Source: Phoronis australis (lineage: Eukaryota > Animalia > Phoronida). Taken from it: 64,000 nucleotides of DNA. The DNA is taken from the NCBI GenBank assembly GCA_002633005.1, contig NMRA01000126.1, positions 415,914-479,913 of the forward strand, read 5' to 3'. Below are positions 1 through 13,557 of the stretch, in pieces; positions within the stretch are counted from its first letter, which is position 1, and the number at the start of each line of letters is the position of its first letter. The notes beneath the pieces are model-generated. The model made no database searches. It had not been told where the DNA came from and saw nothing but the letters and a program-made list of their open reading frames with translations. The translations under genes and the position numbers were made by a program.

Positions 1-1050
1 TTTGTAAAGAAAATAATTTAGACTAGAAAACTGTATCTATTAGGCCCTAGGAATTCAATTTAGTAATGATCTTCATGATATCTCATCAATTAATCTTAAA
101 CCAAACATTTTAGAAATTAAAAATTTGCTCAAAACTTGCCACATATAAATATGTGGCGCATAAAAAATCTTACCACGAACGGGATGAAAAACTCGTCATT
201 TCAAAGTCTATCTTGAACATCATCCAATGCATCAGTGCTACCTTGCGATTACTTCGATGACGACAGCGCCACCTATCATTTACATGGACGCCACTACTGT
301 CCCACATCAACGTCACGTAAACTCATCAAGTTGCCCCAGCACAAGGATTGGTATGGGCAGAGGTTGGGTCAAGATCAAGAACTACTAAATACAGACACCC
401 GCCATTGGTCAAGGATGCCTCGAAAAATTGGGAAACCCATTTTAGATGCCCCATTTTAAAATTCTGGATTAAAACCTACTTGACACCGATGACAAATTTG
501 TTAGACGCTGAGCTGATGAAGAGAAAATTGCCGGAGGGGAACGTACAATGGAACAACTGACTCATGTTCAGACACAGCTTCACAGTGGAGTCTTATCACA
601 TTTTACGAAATTGACCACTTTACAGTCTTTGGACCCAAAAAGCCTACTCCCTTCAAGAGAAGCACATTCTTGTTGCTCCAAAGCAGCATATCCCTAAAAT
701 AATCACTAATATCTTGAAAATTATCATCTATTTGTGATAGAGCTGAACTTCCATAACTATGACCAATGTCACCCCCAATGCAAGATAAAAACACACGTAG
801 TGGTTGAAGAATGTTGATGAAAGATACAATCATTATGACAGCAATGTACACTGAAGAACACTTTATTGCTGGATATAATAAGAAGCAATGACTATGGTCA
901 TTCAACATATGATCAATACTGCAAAAAATGCAAGATCCATTGAATGGCAAATAGAATTTCAGCAACTGAGATGCCTAGAAATGCATGCAGAGTTTGAATG
1001 TAGCTTACTGTTGGACTGCTCTAAGAACTAATACTTTTGATGTATTAAAT
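1..1050 (+). mobile_element. Decayed Tx1/L1-clade non-LTR retrotransposon, ORF2 C-terminal part
   Basis: Interrupted frames give LGIQFSNDLHDISSINLKPNILEIKNLLK, WRIKNLTTNG..KLVI..SVLP and LIKLPQHKD, resembling the post-RT region of L1/Tx1 ORF2. Many stops and frameshifts; right end approximate. Confidence 0.65.
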
Positions 1051-1289
1051 GTTATAGAAAAATGGAACATAATATGATTAACAACATCAAGGAGGCAATA
1101 AACATGTCTTCCATAACAAAAACAAATTTGGATTTAGATCACTTAAAATTAGTCAAATTGGAGGTAAAGTCAGACCTAATGGAATAATGAAGTCAGTTCT
1201 AATCAGGGGTTTATCCACTCAGGATTTCAAAAGTAAGAATCCAAATTTCAAATAAAAAAATGAACGAACACGGGAACATTGGTCCCATG

Positions 1290-2533
1290 TAATAATATGC
1301 CACAGTGAAGTGGAATAAAAGTGTCATTGATAAAACATAGACCACTAGTTTATTCATTAACTTTAAATGGAAGCCTATAAAGAAAAAGTATGTGGAATCA
1401 TTTTACTGATGTGACGTTCATTCTAGAGATGCCAATGTTGACTAAGTCTAAAAACTATAACACGGAGGTAAAGATTTCAGCACTAATGTCCCGTCTTCCA
1501 TGAAGTCGACAGTCTAAGTAAAGTGTCTTGGTAAAGTGACTTGCATTTTTATCACACATGTTCCTGAGAGACGAGCCAATGTTTTCTCTCAATCTCATGT
1601 CTTGTAAGCGTTCCTAACCAATACCCTTGTAATGTTAGTCAGAATTTGATGTCAAAAAGTTGGCACATCCAAAATTCTACACGACCAGAATTCTTGCAGA
1701 AATTGCACAACCTAGGAGTCCATAACTTCGTCCACCATCTTGAATATCTATCGGTATTATTTATGACCATGCTGCTGAAAGTCACAAGGAGAGCCGTGCC
1801 CGAGTGTTGTCAAATCAGATGCTTACAGGCAACGTCAGCCCTGGAGTTCTGCGCCATCTGCTGTCACGGGGATGGTCTGGGGAGGGGATTAATGAACCAG
1901 CATATCCCCAATGATTCTGTCCGTGACAGGTATTACAGGTATTATTATTTGAATAATTATCTAATTTGGTAGCGTAAACAAACTGATTCACGTGCGTTTC
2001 CATTTACTTGGACAGGAGAACAAGTAGAAACCAATTTCTATAAAGATTTCAATTGCATTGTCAAGCGTTAGCAACAATGCCATTTTCAGGATTGTCACAA
2101 ATCCATTATTCCTGTCAACAAACCATCTATTCTCAAGTTTGGAGCGAATTGTAAAAATGCCAATGTTATCAGCAAAAATTCGGTACTTTGATTGAAACGT
2201 TCACCGTTCATTGCACGGGTGACTGGCCGCGTTATCACCACGATCTGGATCTGTAGCTGGATTATTTGTTGTACCAGCATCTGAGACAACGTCTGTATCT
2301 AGAACATCTCTCGGTTTGTAAAATAATCCTCGAGTCTTTTAGGTCTTTGTGCCACAGACGGCATGACTAAGTATGTAGAATGCCCATGTCAATCAAAACA
2401 GAAACCACAGAGGACAATGGCAGTGCAAAATCCCGGAATTACTCACCCCGAAACCGCAAACGTCGGGTCCCTATATACACAGTGAAGAGTTGCAACAGCT
2501 TGCCAGTTTTTAACAGGGTGTAACCATAAATAT
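1290..2533 (-). mobile_element. Partial inverted copy of the interior of the 21921-24343 element
   Basis: Reverse complement aligns to about 22635-23760 (ORF 2095-2289 VQQIIQLQIQIVVITR vs ORF 22861-23076 VRQIIQLQIRTVVITR). Truncated where a TA|CCGTA end begins at 2536. Confidence 0.75.
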
Positions 2534-2535
2534 TA

Positions 2536-2760
2536 CCGTAAACGTTCGGGTTAACGTCCATGTTCACTTAACCGCCCATCCCCTACTTTAGGTAGATTTT
2601 CAATTTAACCGCCCACTGCTCGGTTTACCACCACACTGCGATTTTTGAAGATTTCCAGTTAAGAGCCCACCTCTCGGTTAAGCACCCATCCCTGACTTTT
2701 GAAGATTTATGATTACCTGCCCAGTGCTAAGGAAACGCGTGATTACCCATTTTTAGATAA
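2536..2760 (+). mobile_element. Left end of a family-B-like TA|CCGTA DNA transposon
   Basis: TA|CCGTAAACGTTCGGGTTAAC followed by repeated TAACCGCCCA-type motifs, like the 13558 left end; no right TIR found. Confidence 0.55.
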
Positions 2761-5700
2761 AAATCGATGATAACAAAGAATGCAATGACAGCGTCGAAGA
2801 CGGTGGTTTGGCAATGTGAATTATAATATAAGTAACAAATTATTGTCCCAGATCATGGATTTGCTTCAAAACGCAATATCTTGAACGCTTTATCACTTTA
2901 TTTTCTTCCCATGTTCGCAAAACTAAGAACCCCGCCGGCTTCAATAACTACGATTTCAGCGATGCCGTCTGCCGCGCTAAGTTTCCGTCTGCAGTGCTCT
3001 GGATCAAACTTATATTCGAAAAAATAAAGCCAGAGAAACGTGACAGTGGTCTTGCCACCACTCCTAACTCGCTTTTAGACTATATGCCATGGTCCATGCA
3101 TTGGAAATTCCAGGCTGCAAGCTATGACTAAATAAAAGATGACCAATATCTCGGCTCACTTTTTCAAAATTCAGGTCGCCAATGAGACCTGCAGCTCGTT
3201 ATGCCTTAGCACCAAGTCCCGTTTGCAACAACACCAACTCAGTAAGGATGCTTTGCTCGTTGGAACTCATCACTAATTTAGTTGTATAACAAACCACTGG
3301 TGCCAGTTACCCAAATAATGGGGCTTCGTCTTCGAATTATTTTTACCGACACAGGTATGAACTCAGACTCATCAAATTCATAGTGTTAGTATTTTTTAAA
3401 ATCAAAATCTTAAGTACTTGTTTTTGAGTAATGCCTTTGTGGTAACTATTGATTGACGACTGTCTACCTCCTCCGGCCGGTCGAAATAAAACAGCCGCAG
3501 AACCTTACGTTGAAAATGACATTGAATCACGCAGTCTCGAACATAAAAATCCCTAACACAAAAAACACCTGAATTAGTTGACAGCTAACACATGACTGCT
3601 GTGACCTATGCAGTGTGCGAAACTTGCACGCGCGCACTTTGCACTACCATCACGTGAAGATAGTTGCAATCCAAGTGGAGCGCTGCATAGTCACTGGTCG
3701 TCTGCGCTCTACAGGTACAGCTCTAACAAGACCGCAGGACGGCACGGGCTATTACTCAGCAGTTTTGTAAACTTAACTGAAATAATTAATCTGAGGGCAA
3801 CATAACCTTTGTTGGGATCATCCCCTGTTATGACATTTTTACAATAATTTGGAGATGTGCATTTTTTGAAACTGAAAGTCAAGTAACTAAAGAATAGTAA
3901 GACTGAGAAAAAAATTGTAAGAGTTCTTATGAAAAAGAATATCTTAAAGAATCTGCATGCAAAAATTAACATCATTTGCTATTCCTGTTCAAAATGGCAC
4001 CACAGCTCAATTGAAAATGGATGAAAATGCACCAGATCTGCCATCTAGAAAGCAACTTCCAGTTAAGCAGTACTTGATAATAGTTAATCACAGGAAACTG
4101 ACACTGAAAAATTTCGAATCGCTTGGTCTTACAATGCACCCTCTACAGAACAAAACTTTTTCATCCCGAAATCGAGGTGTGCACGCGCATTAGCCTATAT
4201 TTCCACCGTCTTTAATCGGAAGTAAATAATATCCGGGATATCCATAGAACACGTCTAATCATACTGATTTTCAGCCATGTACGTTGAAAATTGCGGCCTC
4301 TATGAGCACTTGAATCAGAATTCAAAAACAAAATGGCTGCAACATCCGCCATCTTGAACCTGATCATGACGAAAAACAATAGTGTTCTAGCTCTTCCAGA
4401 ACTAGAGGCTGCGTGTGAATTTCGTGCGAATTGGGTGAAGAATACGACCTGTAGATTGCGAACAAAAAAAAACAAACTTAGTGTCAGCGCAACATACTTG
4501 GCGAAGAATTTCGTCATGTAATTACCACTGGGGGACAAAGATCTCGTAGAGCATCTAGGAAATACAGCCAACACAAAGAAAACAATTGCCACTAGGAGGC
4601 GCCGCAATAGTTAACACCGCCACAAAATCATCATCAGCTGCCCTCTTCCCAGTAAGAACATACCGTATGTCAATTTTCATAATCATCTTTAGAGTGGTTT
4701 GGCCGACAGAGCGGCAGATGTCAAAAACTGAAACACGACATATAGCAATGACGGGAATATGAAGTAGGTTGAAAATTGCCAAAATGATCAATTGCAAATT
4801 ATTTCAAATCATATCCAGTAAGTGTTGTGGTGCTGGGGAATAAGACTGCATGATGTGGGCTGTGCAAGGCATGTACGTCATTAGTGCAAAGGTCACCTAT
4901 TTGCAGAGTTTTCAGATTTACAAGTTGTCAATGAATACAACAGTACAACACTATGTTTAATGTAGATTGTGTTAAAATAGCATTGTGGGTTAGTTCCTGC
5001 TATACATTAAGCATAGTTAAGAGCATGCAAATACATCTTTTAACTCCCTTGAAATGGTGTGATTTTGTCTAGTTGTTGGTGATATGAGGTCAGATTGTGA
5101 GGTCAAAGGTGGCACTGAACAGTCAGGCTGTAGCCACGGGGCATTTTCTAGTCTGTAGCCACAGGGCATTTTCTAGTCCCTAGAATTTAAATACAGGGCG
5201 TGCGTCAAGTTTGGCGGGAGGTTTGAGGAATTTGTTGAAAAAAATTGCCAGGAAAGTGATTTACTTGTGTTTTTGAACAAGGAAAGCCATCTTTTTTAGC
5301 CGTGACCCAGTTTCCCTGCAAAATTGTGGCTGTTGCTTGCTTTCAACCCCTGTCGCCTGACTGAGAAAACGAGTGCGATTTCAGGTGACTGTCAGACAGA
5401 TTCAAATTGCGAAAAAAGTAGCTGGTAAGGGGCATACTATGACCACATTTTTAGAATCTGGAAAGAACGAGGAGAATCTGTTGTCATGTTTTTTGTGGCA
5501 CTTGAAGGGAAGTAGTAAATTTGGGGAGAAAACTGTCAAATTTGGTGTTTTTTGGTCCTATTTTTATGTGCCGGTATTTTTTCCCCGATTTGAATTAGTC
5601 GATTAAAAATCTGTAGCAGAATTAAAATAGTAAAACTAAAACGATGACTTTCAGTTATCATGGGTAGTGCTTATGAGTTGGGAATGCCAAAAAAAACTTT

Positions 5701-6990
5701 TGTTTTTTCAGACTCTCGATAAGGACGTGAGATAAGGACTAGTCTTCACTTGGGTGTGTGTTGGCAGCCAAAACCCTGTTGTAACTGTAGTGTTCCCCCA
5801 AACAGTTAAATAATTAACCACAACATAATAGCCCCAACAGGATTATTGACACAGACACCAACAGTCTGAGGGCGCTCAGACACATGCGTCCAGTCTACAC
5901 TGGCAAATTCAACAAAACTTTTTGTCCAAACTGCACTTTGCTTAATTCAAACAAGCACCTATGTTGCCATACAGAATGAGTTAGATCATGTTTGGAAAAG
6001 GCTTTGAGAATATTTAGCAAAATTTGGAGTGCACTACATATGGGAAAATATTTTTCAGTGTAATCGTTGCCACAGAAATAAAGAATGATCAAGAGAACGG
6101 ATTAAAATTGCACTGAATATGAAGCATATTATTTGCCTTCTTCATGATTTGAGAATTTCTGACATGATAAACAATGTATAAAGAACCTGAAGATGAATAC
6201 CACCTAAGTTTCACCACACTGTTGACGAAGGGGATGCCAAAAACAAGACATAATCGCAATTTTTTTCCTACAATTCAAATTTAGCATTTACTTGGTATTG
6301 TTTTTAATAAGAACTTAACAAGGTCCCATCAGACCTGCCCACCCCCTGACCCACCCACCCCCCTGACCAAAAGGCAGCCCCCCATGCCCTTTTTAAAACT
6401 GTTTCAACAATTTATAATTCCGAATGTGAGGTCTCGTAACACACGTAATCCACTAGTATTGGACCAGCAGCGGCTGGGTCTGTGGATGTTATTCAATCTA
6501 CTTATGCCTTGCTTTATACAATAACTCATTCTTGAAGGCCAACATTTTGAAATCTGATTGCTAAGTGATTTTCTGCACATTTTCAAATACCGTTACTTGC
6601 ATGACCAAACATCATCAAACATTGGTAAACTAGTTTAGTAGTGTTTGGTGGCTCGTTTGCAGGCAAATTTCGTTTCCAATTTAGTGTGGTGAAGTTTGCA
6701 AATAAAATGTTTGTTAGTGTATATAAAAATAATTGCAAGCAGTCTGGTAGGTTGCACCAGACGTGCGTGGGTCCCTTAGATACGCCTAAAGCACTGAAGT
6801 GGACACTTATGCTCCAAGGCCATGCTGCCTCCTCTCGGTGTAGGCCTGCATTACATTAATATATTTTGATCCATTAAAATACACTATAAGCAAAAACTGT
6901 AATTTTTCACCTACTGTCCTCACTATTCAAGTCCACCCGTAGACTTATCTCCCCTGGACGGACCGTGTCACCACTATCATTCACCATTAA

Positions 6991-7543
6991 GGTGCTGAAA
7001 CCGGCGGTGTTCGGTGACAAATGAAAGTGCGAAAAGAACTGAAAAATTATGCTGTACAAATAAGTGGTAGAAGACAGAATGTCAGAGTGAGCTGCTACAA
7101 AAAACAGAAGAATCTGTACGCGTGGCTTAATCAATTTGCAGGAAACATGGCAAAAACATCAAGATTACCCGTGTTTGCTGCCGAGTACTCAATAAGACGG
7201 AGAGAATGATTACTTGCAATGAATAAAAAATAATGCAATAAAATTAAATAATCCTCTGTAACTGAAGAAAGGTGGGTCACATGTAACTTATTGGTTAAAA
7301 CACAATGCTGACATTTCTCAAATATTGATGAAACCAAGTGAGCCACAAACAGTGGAGCAGACGAAATCTCAAACTGATTTAATTTTATAAACAGAGCCTT
7401 GCAATATTACAAAACACTAACTTATAGTCAGTGACATTAGTAATGAAGTAGACTGCCACTCTGTCATGATTTAAATGGTTTACATATGCTTCTGAATCAA
7501 CTCTACGCCATCACTGATGTTGAACTGTACTGGTTTCAGCACC
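6991..7543. mobile_element. Non-autonomous TIR element with TTAA target duplication (Kolobok-like)
   Basis: TTAA|GGTGCTGAAACC ... GGTTTCAGCACC|TTAA: perfect 12-bp TIR with imperfect extension. GG terminus with TTAA TSD fits Kolobok better than piggyBac. Confidence 0.8.
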
Positions 7544-7831
7544 TTAATGTCGTGTGGTCATGTGACCATGTCATGGCAGCCTCCATATTTCAGCACATGC
7601 ATTATCTGCGCACACAATAAGGTGGTGCAGTGAAAATTCATTTTGTCAGATTTCTCGACAAAAGGAAAAACCAAATCTTAGTCTATTATTTGGTTAATTT
7701 GTATTGTATCATAAAACAATATTTTTTAGTTTCCATTACCTGCAGCAAAACAATTAATCCTTTGACAAATCGAAAAATGAAAATTTTCACAATTATTTTT
7801 GTGTGAAATAAATGAAAAAATTACGGTACTA

Positions 7832-8990
7832 CCGTATTCGCCCTAATAAGTGCCCAGGGCGCTTAGAAGAATTCGTTTCAAGAGGACAGCACTTATTATA
7901 GTCTAAGCTGGTCGAAACCTTGTCCCCGAAACAGGTGAAATCTTAAGCTAGGATTCATCAAAGTTATGCTGTGACATATCTGTAACCTATGATAGACTTT
8001 CTACAAAATTGTGGTGCATTGCTATTACCTTCATTGTTAAATTACAATCATTTTTCAGAAAATTGTGCTGAAATCCCGGGGCGAAAACTCGCCAACTGAT
8101 ACATCGCTGCCTTGTTATAGTCAATAGAACAACTTGAATTCTTGAATAAAAATACAGTTTTGACCCCACAAATTACCTGAAGTCCTCCTATTAACTGCAT
8201 ATTAAGTCTCATCCGCTAAAAAATGTTTGAGAAGTGTCTCGGTGAGTCGCCGGGCGACTAGATGTGTAACAGTCCAACAGTTATTTTCCAGAAGATTCGG
8301 GTGTGTAAGTGAGCAGAAGTGTTCACTATCAGTGAGTTATTTTGACTTTAAAAACACCAATTATGATGAATTAAGTAATTCCTGCTAAAATAACGCGGAC
8401 ATGTTTTTATGATATTTGAAACTTTCGGAAAGTAGTGCCAATATTTCTTTCTTGCCGATGCTATGCTATCCGTTTCATGGATAGTTCCCGAAGACAGGTA
8501 CATGTATGTAGCGCGCGCTTCCTGGCCACGTGCATTTAACAAAGGTCAATTTTTATTAGTCTTCGATTCATGGTTTTCACGTGTACAAAGAAAAGTGGAT
8601 TCCTAATGTAAAAGAAAGATACAATACAATCCTTTTGACAAGAACGCTGCATCTGTTCTGAAAGGCCAGGCCATAATGGGAGACATTCTTCACAAGATCA
8701 GCAAAACTTTTGCGTTCTTATTGAAGCACGGTGGAAGTTTGAAGTGTATAGTCATGGCTAAATACCGACATAGCAGCGAGGATCGTGGTCTACAAATTCC
8801 ACACTCAATGACTTTCTTCAGGACTGTCGGATCTTACTGATAAATTGAAGATTTTACTGCAGAATTTTAGAACTGTCGGTAAGGCATTTTTCGCATGTAC
8901 ACGTTCATGGACTGGGCACTTATTTTAGTGAAGTCTGAAACCGCACTGGGGTGCTTATAGGGGCTTGGGCGCTTGTTAGGGTGAATACAG
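7832..8990 (+). mobile_element. Family A non-autonomous Tc1/mariner-pogo-like element, copy 1
   Basis: TA|CCGTATTCGCCCTAATAAGTGCCC ... GGGCGCTTGTTAGGGTGAATACAG|TA; interior homologous to four other copies in the window. Confidence 0.85.
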
Positions 8991-10322
8991 TAACTGCTAA
9001 TTGGCTTTTCCAACCAGATGTAATCCAGACCAATTGGTCAGGTGTGTATTAAGCCTTTTGATCAATATACTGCCTCAGACTGTAATGTTAGTTAACCATC
9101 TCGGAAATGATGCTTGCCATGGCTACAGAATAAAGACTTTCTCCCCACACCACAAAGTTTACAAGAGCTTTCAAATGAGCTTCTGTAATTAACAAACCTT
9201 AAACAGTGATGACATGATTAGGCAAGTTTTAAAACATAGGAATTTTAGGTATGAATTTCTATGCTAAATATGTTTACAAACTTAACCACGAAGAAATGTA
9301 GAACTTAAAGATGAAGTTCATACATAATAAGCGACTGCGCGGTCCTTCAGAGGATCAAAAATTAAATTCTGTCAATGATCAAACAAGTTCAAGACTGCTT
9401 AACACGCCAAACTACCACCCACGAGCTCCACCATAGACAAAGTACAAACATAAAGACAAAGTGTTAAATCCGCATCTCAAAACCTGAATTCTTTTGATCA
9501 ATGCAAAATCAAAACAAGGTTTTTAACTAGCATAGATGTCCCTGCACAATAATAACACTAACTGGCAGCCCAGGATATGCACAAGCAAACAAATGCATCA
9601 AAGTCTACCTGCAGGAAAACACTACTTGAGATTCCAAATCCTCTAGCAGTACATGAAAGGCAACCATCATGATCAATGCATATTTTACTGGACCGATAAC
9701 TTCCAAGAACCAATAGCACATTTCAGCTAGGAGCCTTGGCAATTCAAAGCCCGTTTAATAAGGAGGGCACTTGTGAGCAGTCGTTTCTTGAAGAACTTTT
9801 AGTGAGCAAGTGTTTGTGAGAGTACACGAGAAGTCAAAATCACTCTCTACATTTACCATATGTTTTAACGTTAGATTCATATTTAAGGTATTTCCAGTAT
9901 AAAATTGTACGCCGAATTCTAACAACAAATGTCTTTTTAATGTTAATTAAAGCTCAAGAGAATGACTTGTGCACATTTTGCTCTGATCATAAAAAACTAT
10001 TATTACATTTATTTGTGTAATGTAGATATGTAAGAAAGTTGTAGAGGAAAGTTAGTGATGATTTCCTTAGTATCGATTTTTAAACAGCCTTGACATTCTG
10101 TTTGGAAATACCAAATGTAACAACAGTATAAACCTTGCAGTTTTAACAACAAAAATGTCATTTTTCAATGTAGAATGCAGAACAAAATTCTGTTAACAAC
10201 TGATATCACTAGTGTTTTGAAAAACTAGAGAAAATAGAATTTACTATTAGTAAAATCAATGGTACATTAGAAAATCACAACGAAAAATGGAACTTAGTAC
10301 AACTATAATGGTGATAAATGTT

Positions 10323-10349
10323 TATGTATGTATGTATGTATGTATGTAT
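10323..10349. repeat. (TATG)n microsatellite
   Basis: About 7 tandem TATG units. Confidence 0.9.
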
Positions 10350-11120
10350 TGTAATAGTTACTTTGTTACAATAAATGTATAAAAAATATAAGAACTCCCT
10401 ACATTTTGTTCACTTAGAAATCTGACAGGGTCCAATGTGACTTTGTTAGAGTTTTAAGGTGATTACCCTGAGCAACGACAATGATTCTAAGTGGTACACA
10501 TGGGAAGCAAACCATGATATGTACAACAAGATTATAGAAGAAACTTGAGTTTAATTTGGTGCAGAAATAAATAATTTAATTAAATGATGCAGGCTTGCTT
10601 AATATTGATTACATGTGCTGTCTTGGTTTTCTTTCACCTCTGAAACAGTCAATGATGTGGTTTAACTCCATAGGCTTACTTAAGCTTCCGTGATCGAACT
10701 AAAAATTATGATACACACATTTTTTTCTGATCATGTCTAGAAGCAATCAGCTCCCTGGCACCCCAGAATCCAAGACAGCAAAGTACAAATTTTCCCACAA
10801 TTCACAAGTTGTTCTTCTTTTCTCACACAACACGAAGTTCTTATGAACGTATTTTTAGAGGGTATGAGCTGCTGTTCGTGAGAAAAGAACATAAACGAAA
10901 AGAACTGACATATAACAGAAAAGACTTGAAATTCAACGTTTGTGCAAGCTGAGAGGAGGGACGACAGGCTACCTGGATACACATTGTTTGGCAATTTACT
11001 CTTCTCTTTTCTGTTTTTTAATTTTGTAGACCAATTTTATCAATTGAAAGCTTCCTGCGTTTTTAACTAAATACTAAGAACATAATTATTTAAATGCACC
11101 AACTAGATAATATAACTTAC

Positions 11121-11146
11121 CTGACATTCTGTAAACCTCTTTCAGT
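11121..11146 (-). other. Candidate 26-nt exon containing ATG TCA G of a minus-strand gene (duplicated at 13191-13216)
   Basis: tttttttccag|ACTGAAAGAGGTTTACAGAATGTCAG|gtaagt: consensus acceptor and donor. Gene identity not established. Confidence 0.4.
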
Positions 11147-12432
11147 CTGGAAAAAAATTGGTACAGTGTCACAAATTCAAGATCATCTGGTACTACATAT
11201 TTCAGAAATACTGATATTAAAATTACAGTTAAGCCAGTAATCTGATGCACATACTGCAAAACATGACTTAGTTGACAGGGCCCTCGATGCCTCAATGCTG
11301 GGTCTGAAAACTAGTCACATTCCTCTCTGAGAAAATCATCTAAAAATCATGCATAATTCCCCTCAGGCTCAAAAATGATTCCTTGTGTGTCGATAATCTC
11401 AAAAACTGCTTGACGGGTCACAATGAAATTCGATACCGCGGTATATGGCGAGAATGCGCCAGCACCAGTCGATTTTTGGACCGATTCAATTACCGTACTC
11501 GTTCAGGTTACCGCTCATGCTCGGCTTACCGCCCAGCCCCAAAATTTTCAATTTTTCATTTTTAAGCGTCCATGCTCGACTTACCGCCCACCCCCAATTT
11601 TTTATGATCGAGACCTCCTTAAAAGTGAGTGTGTTTTGGTGAACATTCGTCTCGCAAAACTTAGATTCCAAAACCTGTGCAATTCCCTTACCCTTCAATG
11701 ACAATCAGTTTTAGTGGAACCGGGAACTTGCCTTACTATGGCAGTAAAATACCCACATTCTCATGGTCTTTACTGAAGGAGACACAATTGTGTCAGAATG
11801 TACTGATCACTAAGACAGCACTTGTCGAATGTATTTCATTACCGTGAAAGAACCAACAAAGAGGCACTTGACAAGAATTTCAAGTCCAAGGCCTACCTTT
11901 CTGGATTCCCCATAACAGTACACAAAACATCACCACCCTGAGCTATGAAGTAAAAATACGGGCCATTGTTCAGTGTCTTCGTTAAACGCATGTTTTTAAT
12001 GACTTACTCCTGACACCAAACTAGAAGCGCCCAACAAAAACCAACAGCGCAAGAAATCAACTTGTAATTAAGTGCAAGTTGAACATTCTATCCACATCTA
12101 CGTGATCAAAAACTTATTTTTGAACTCTTGATTTGCCTGTTGACTTTATATACACGATGTGTTTTTGCTTTTTACATGATGTGTTTTTGCTTCATTATTT
12201 TTGCAGCTGATTGACCACTCCTATTGCCTAATAATAGTATCGTCTGATTGTTGAGCACATGCTTTGAACAAATTCCTGGAGGTCAGTGTTGGCTGTCCAA
12301 CACAGAAAGAAATATACCATGTATATAAAATGTTACATTGTTCAAACTAGGTCCAAAGTATTTAGAAAAAGATCAGGTATCAACCATCAGCACATTTGGT
12401 TGCCAAAGTAACTAGCAGCAGCATATCTGTAC

Positions 12433-12831
12433 NNNNNNNNNNNNNNNNNNNNNNNNNNNNNNNNNNNNNNNNNNNNNNNNNNNNNNNNNNNNNNNNNNNN
12501 NNNNNNNNNNNNNNNNNNNNNNNNNNNNNNNNNNNNNNNNNNNNNNNNNNNNNNNNNNNNNNNNNNNNNNNNNNNNNNNNNNNNNNNNNNNNNNNNNNNN
12601 NNNNNNNNNNNNNNNNNNNNNNNNNNNNNNNNNNNNNNNNNNNNNNNNNNNNNNNNNNNNNNNNNNNNNNNNNNNNNNNNNNNNNNNNNNNNNNNNNNNN
12701 NNNNNNNNNNNNNNNNNNNNNNNNNNNNNNNNNNNNNNNNNNNNNNNNNNNNNNNNNNNNNNNNNNNNNNNNNNNNNNNNNNNNNNNNNNNNNNNNNNNN
12801 NNNNNNNNNNNNNNNNNNNNNNNNNNNNNNN
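12433..12831. other. Assembly gap
   Basis: N run. Confidence 1.
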
Positions 12832-13557
12832 CCCAGAATCCAAGACAGCAAAGTACAAATTTTCCCACAATTCACAAGTTGTTCTTCTTTTCTCACGCAA
12901 CACGAAGTTCTTATGAACATATTTTTAGAGGGTATGAGCTGCTGTTCGTGAGAAAAGAACATAAACGAAAAGAACTGACATATAACAGAAAAGACTTGAA
13001 ATTCAACGTTTGTGCAAGCTGAGAGGAGGGACGACAGGCTGCCTGGATACACATTGTTTGGCAATTTACTCTTCTCTTTTCTGTTTTTTAATTTTGTAGA
13101 CCAATTTTATAAATTGAAAGCTTCCTGCGTTTTTAACTAAATACTAAGAACATAATTATTTAAATGCGCCAACTAGATAATATAACTTACCTGACATTCT
13201 GTAAACCTCTTTCAGTCTGGAAAAAAATTGGTACAGTGTCACAAATTCAAGATCATCTGGTACTACATATTTCAGAAATACTGATATTAAAATTACAGTT
13301 AAGCCAGTAATCTGATGCACATACTGCAAAACATGACTTAGTTGACAGGGCCCTCGATGCCTCAATACTGGGTCTGAAAACTAGTCGCATTCCTCTCTGA
13401 GAAAATCATCTAAAAATCATGCATAATTCCCCTCAGGCTCAAAAATGATTCCTTGTGTGTCGATAATCTCAAAAACTGCTTGACGGGTCGAAATTCGATA
13501 CAGAGGTATATGGCGAGAATGCGCCAGCACCAGTCGATTTTTGGACCGATTCAATTA

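Noticed and set aside
603-965. 120-aa minus-strand ORF
   Set aside because: Antisense to the decayed Tx1/L1 remnant; no domain or splice support.
6907-7134. Minus-strand ORF ending at a GT (…DLNSEDSR) as a possible exon
   Set aside because: Most of it lies inside the TTAA MITE; the donor is weak and I recognise no homology.
12380-13064. Long ORFs spanning N runs (also 18830-20039)
   Set aside because: Their length comes from X residues in assembly gaps.
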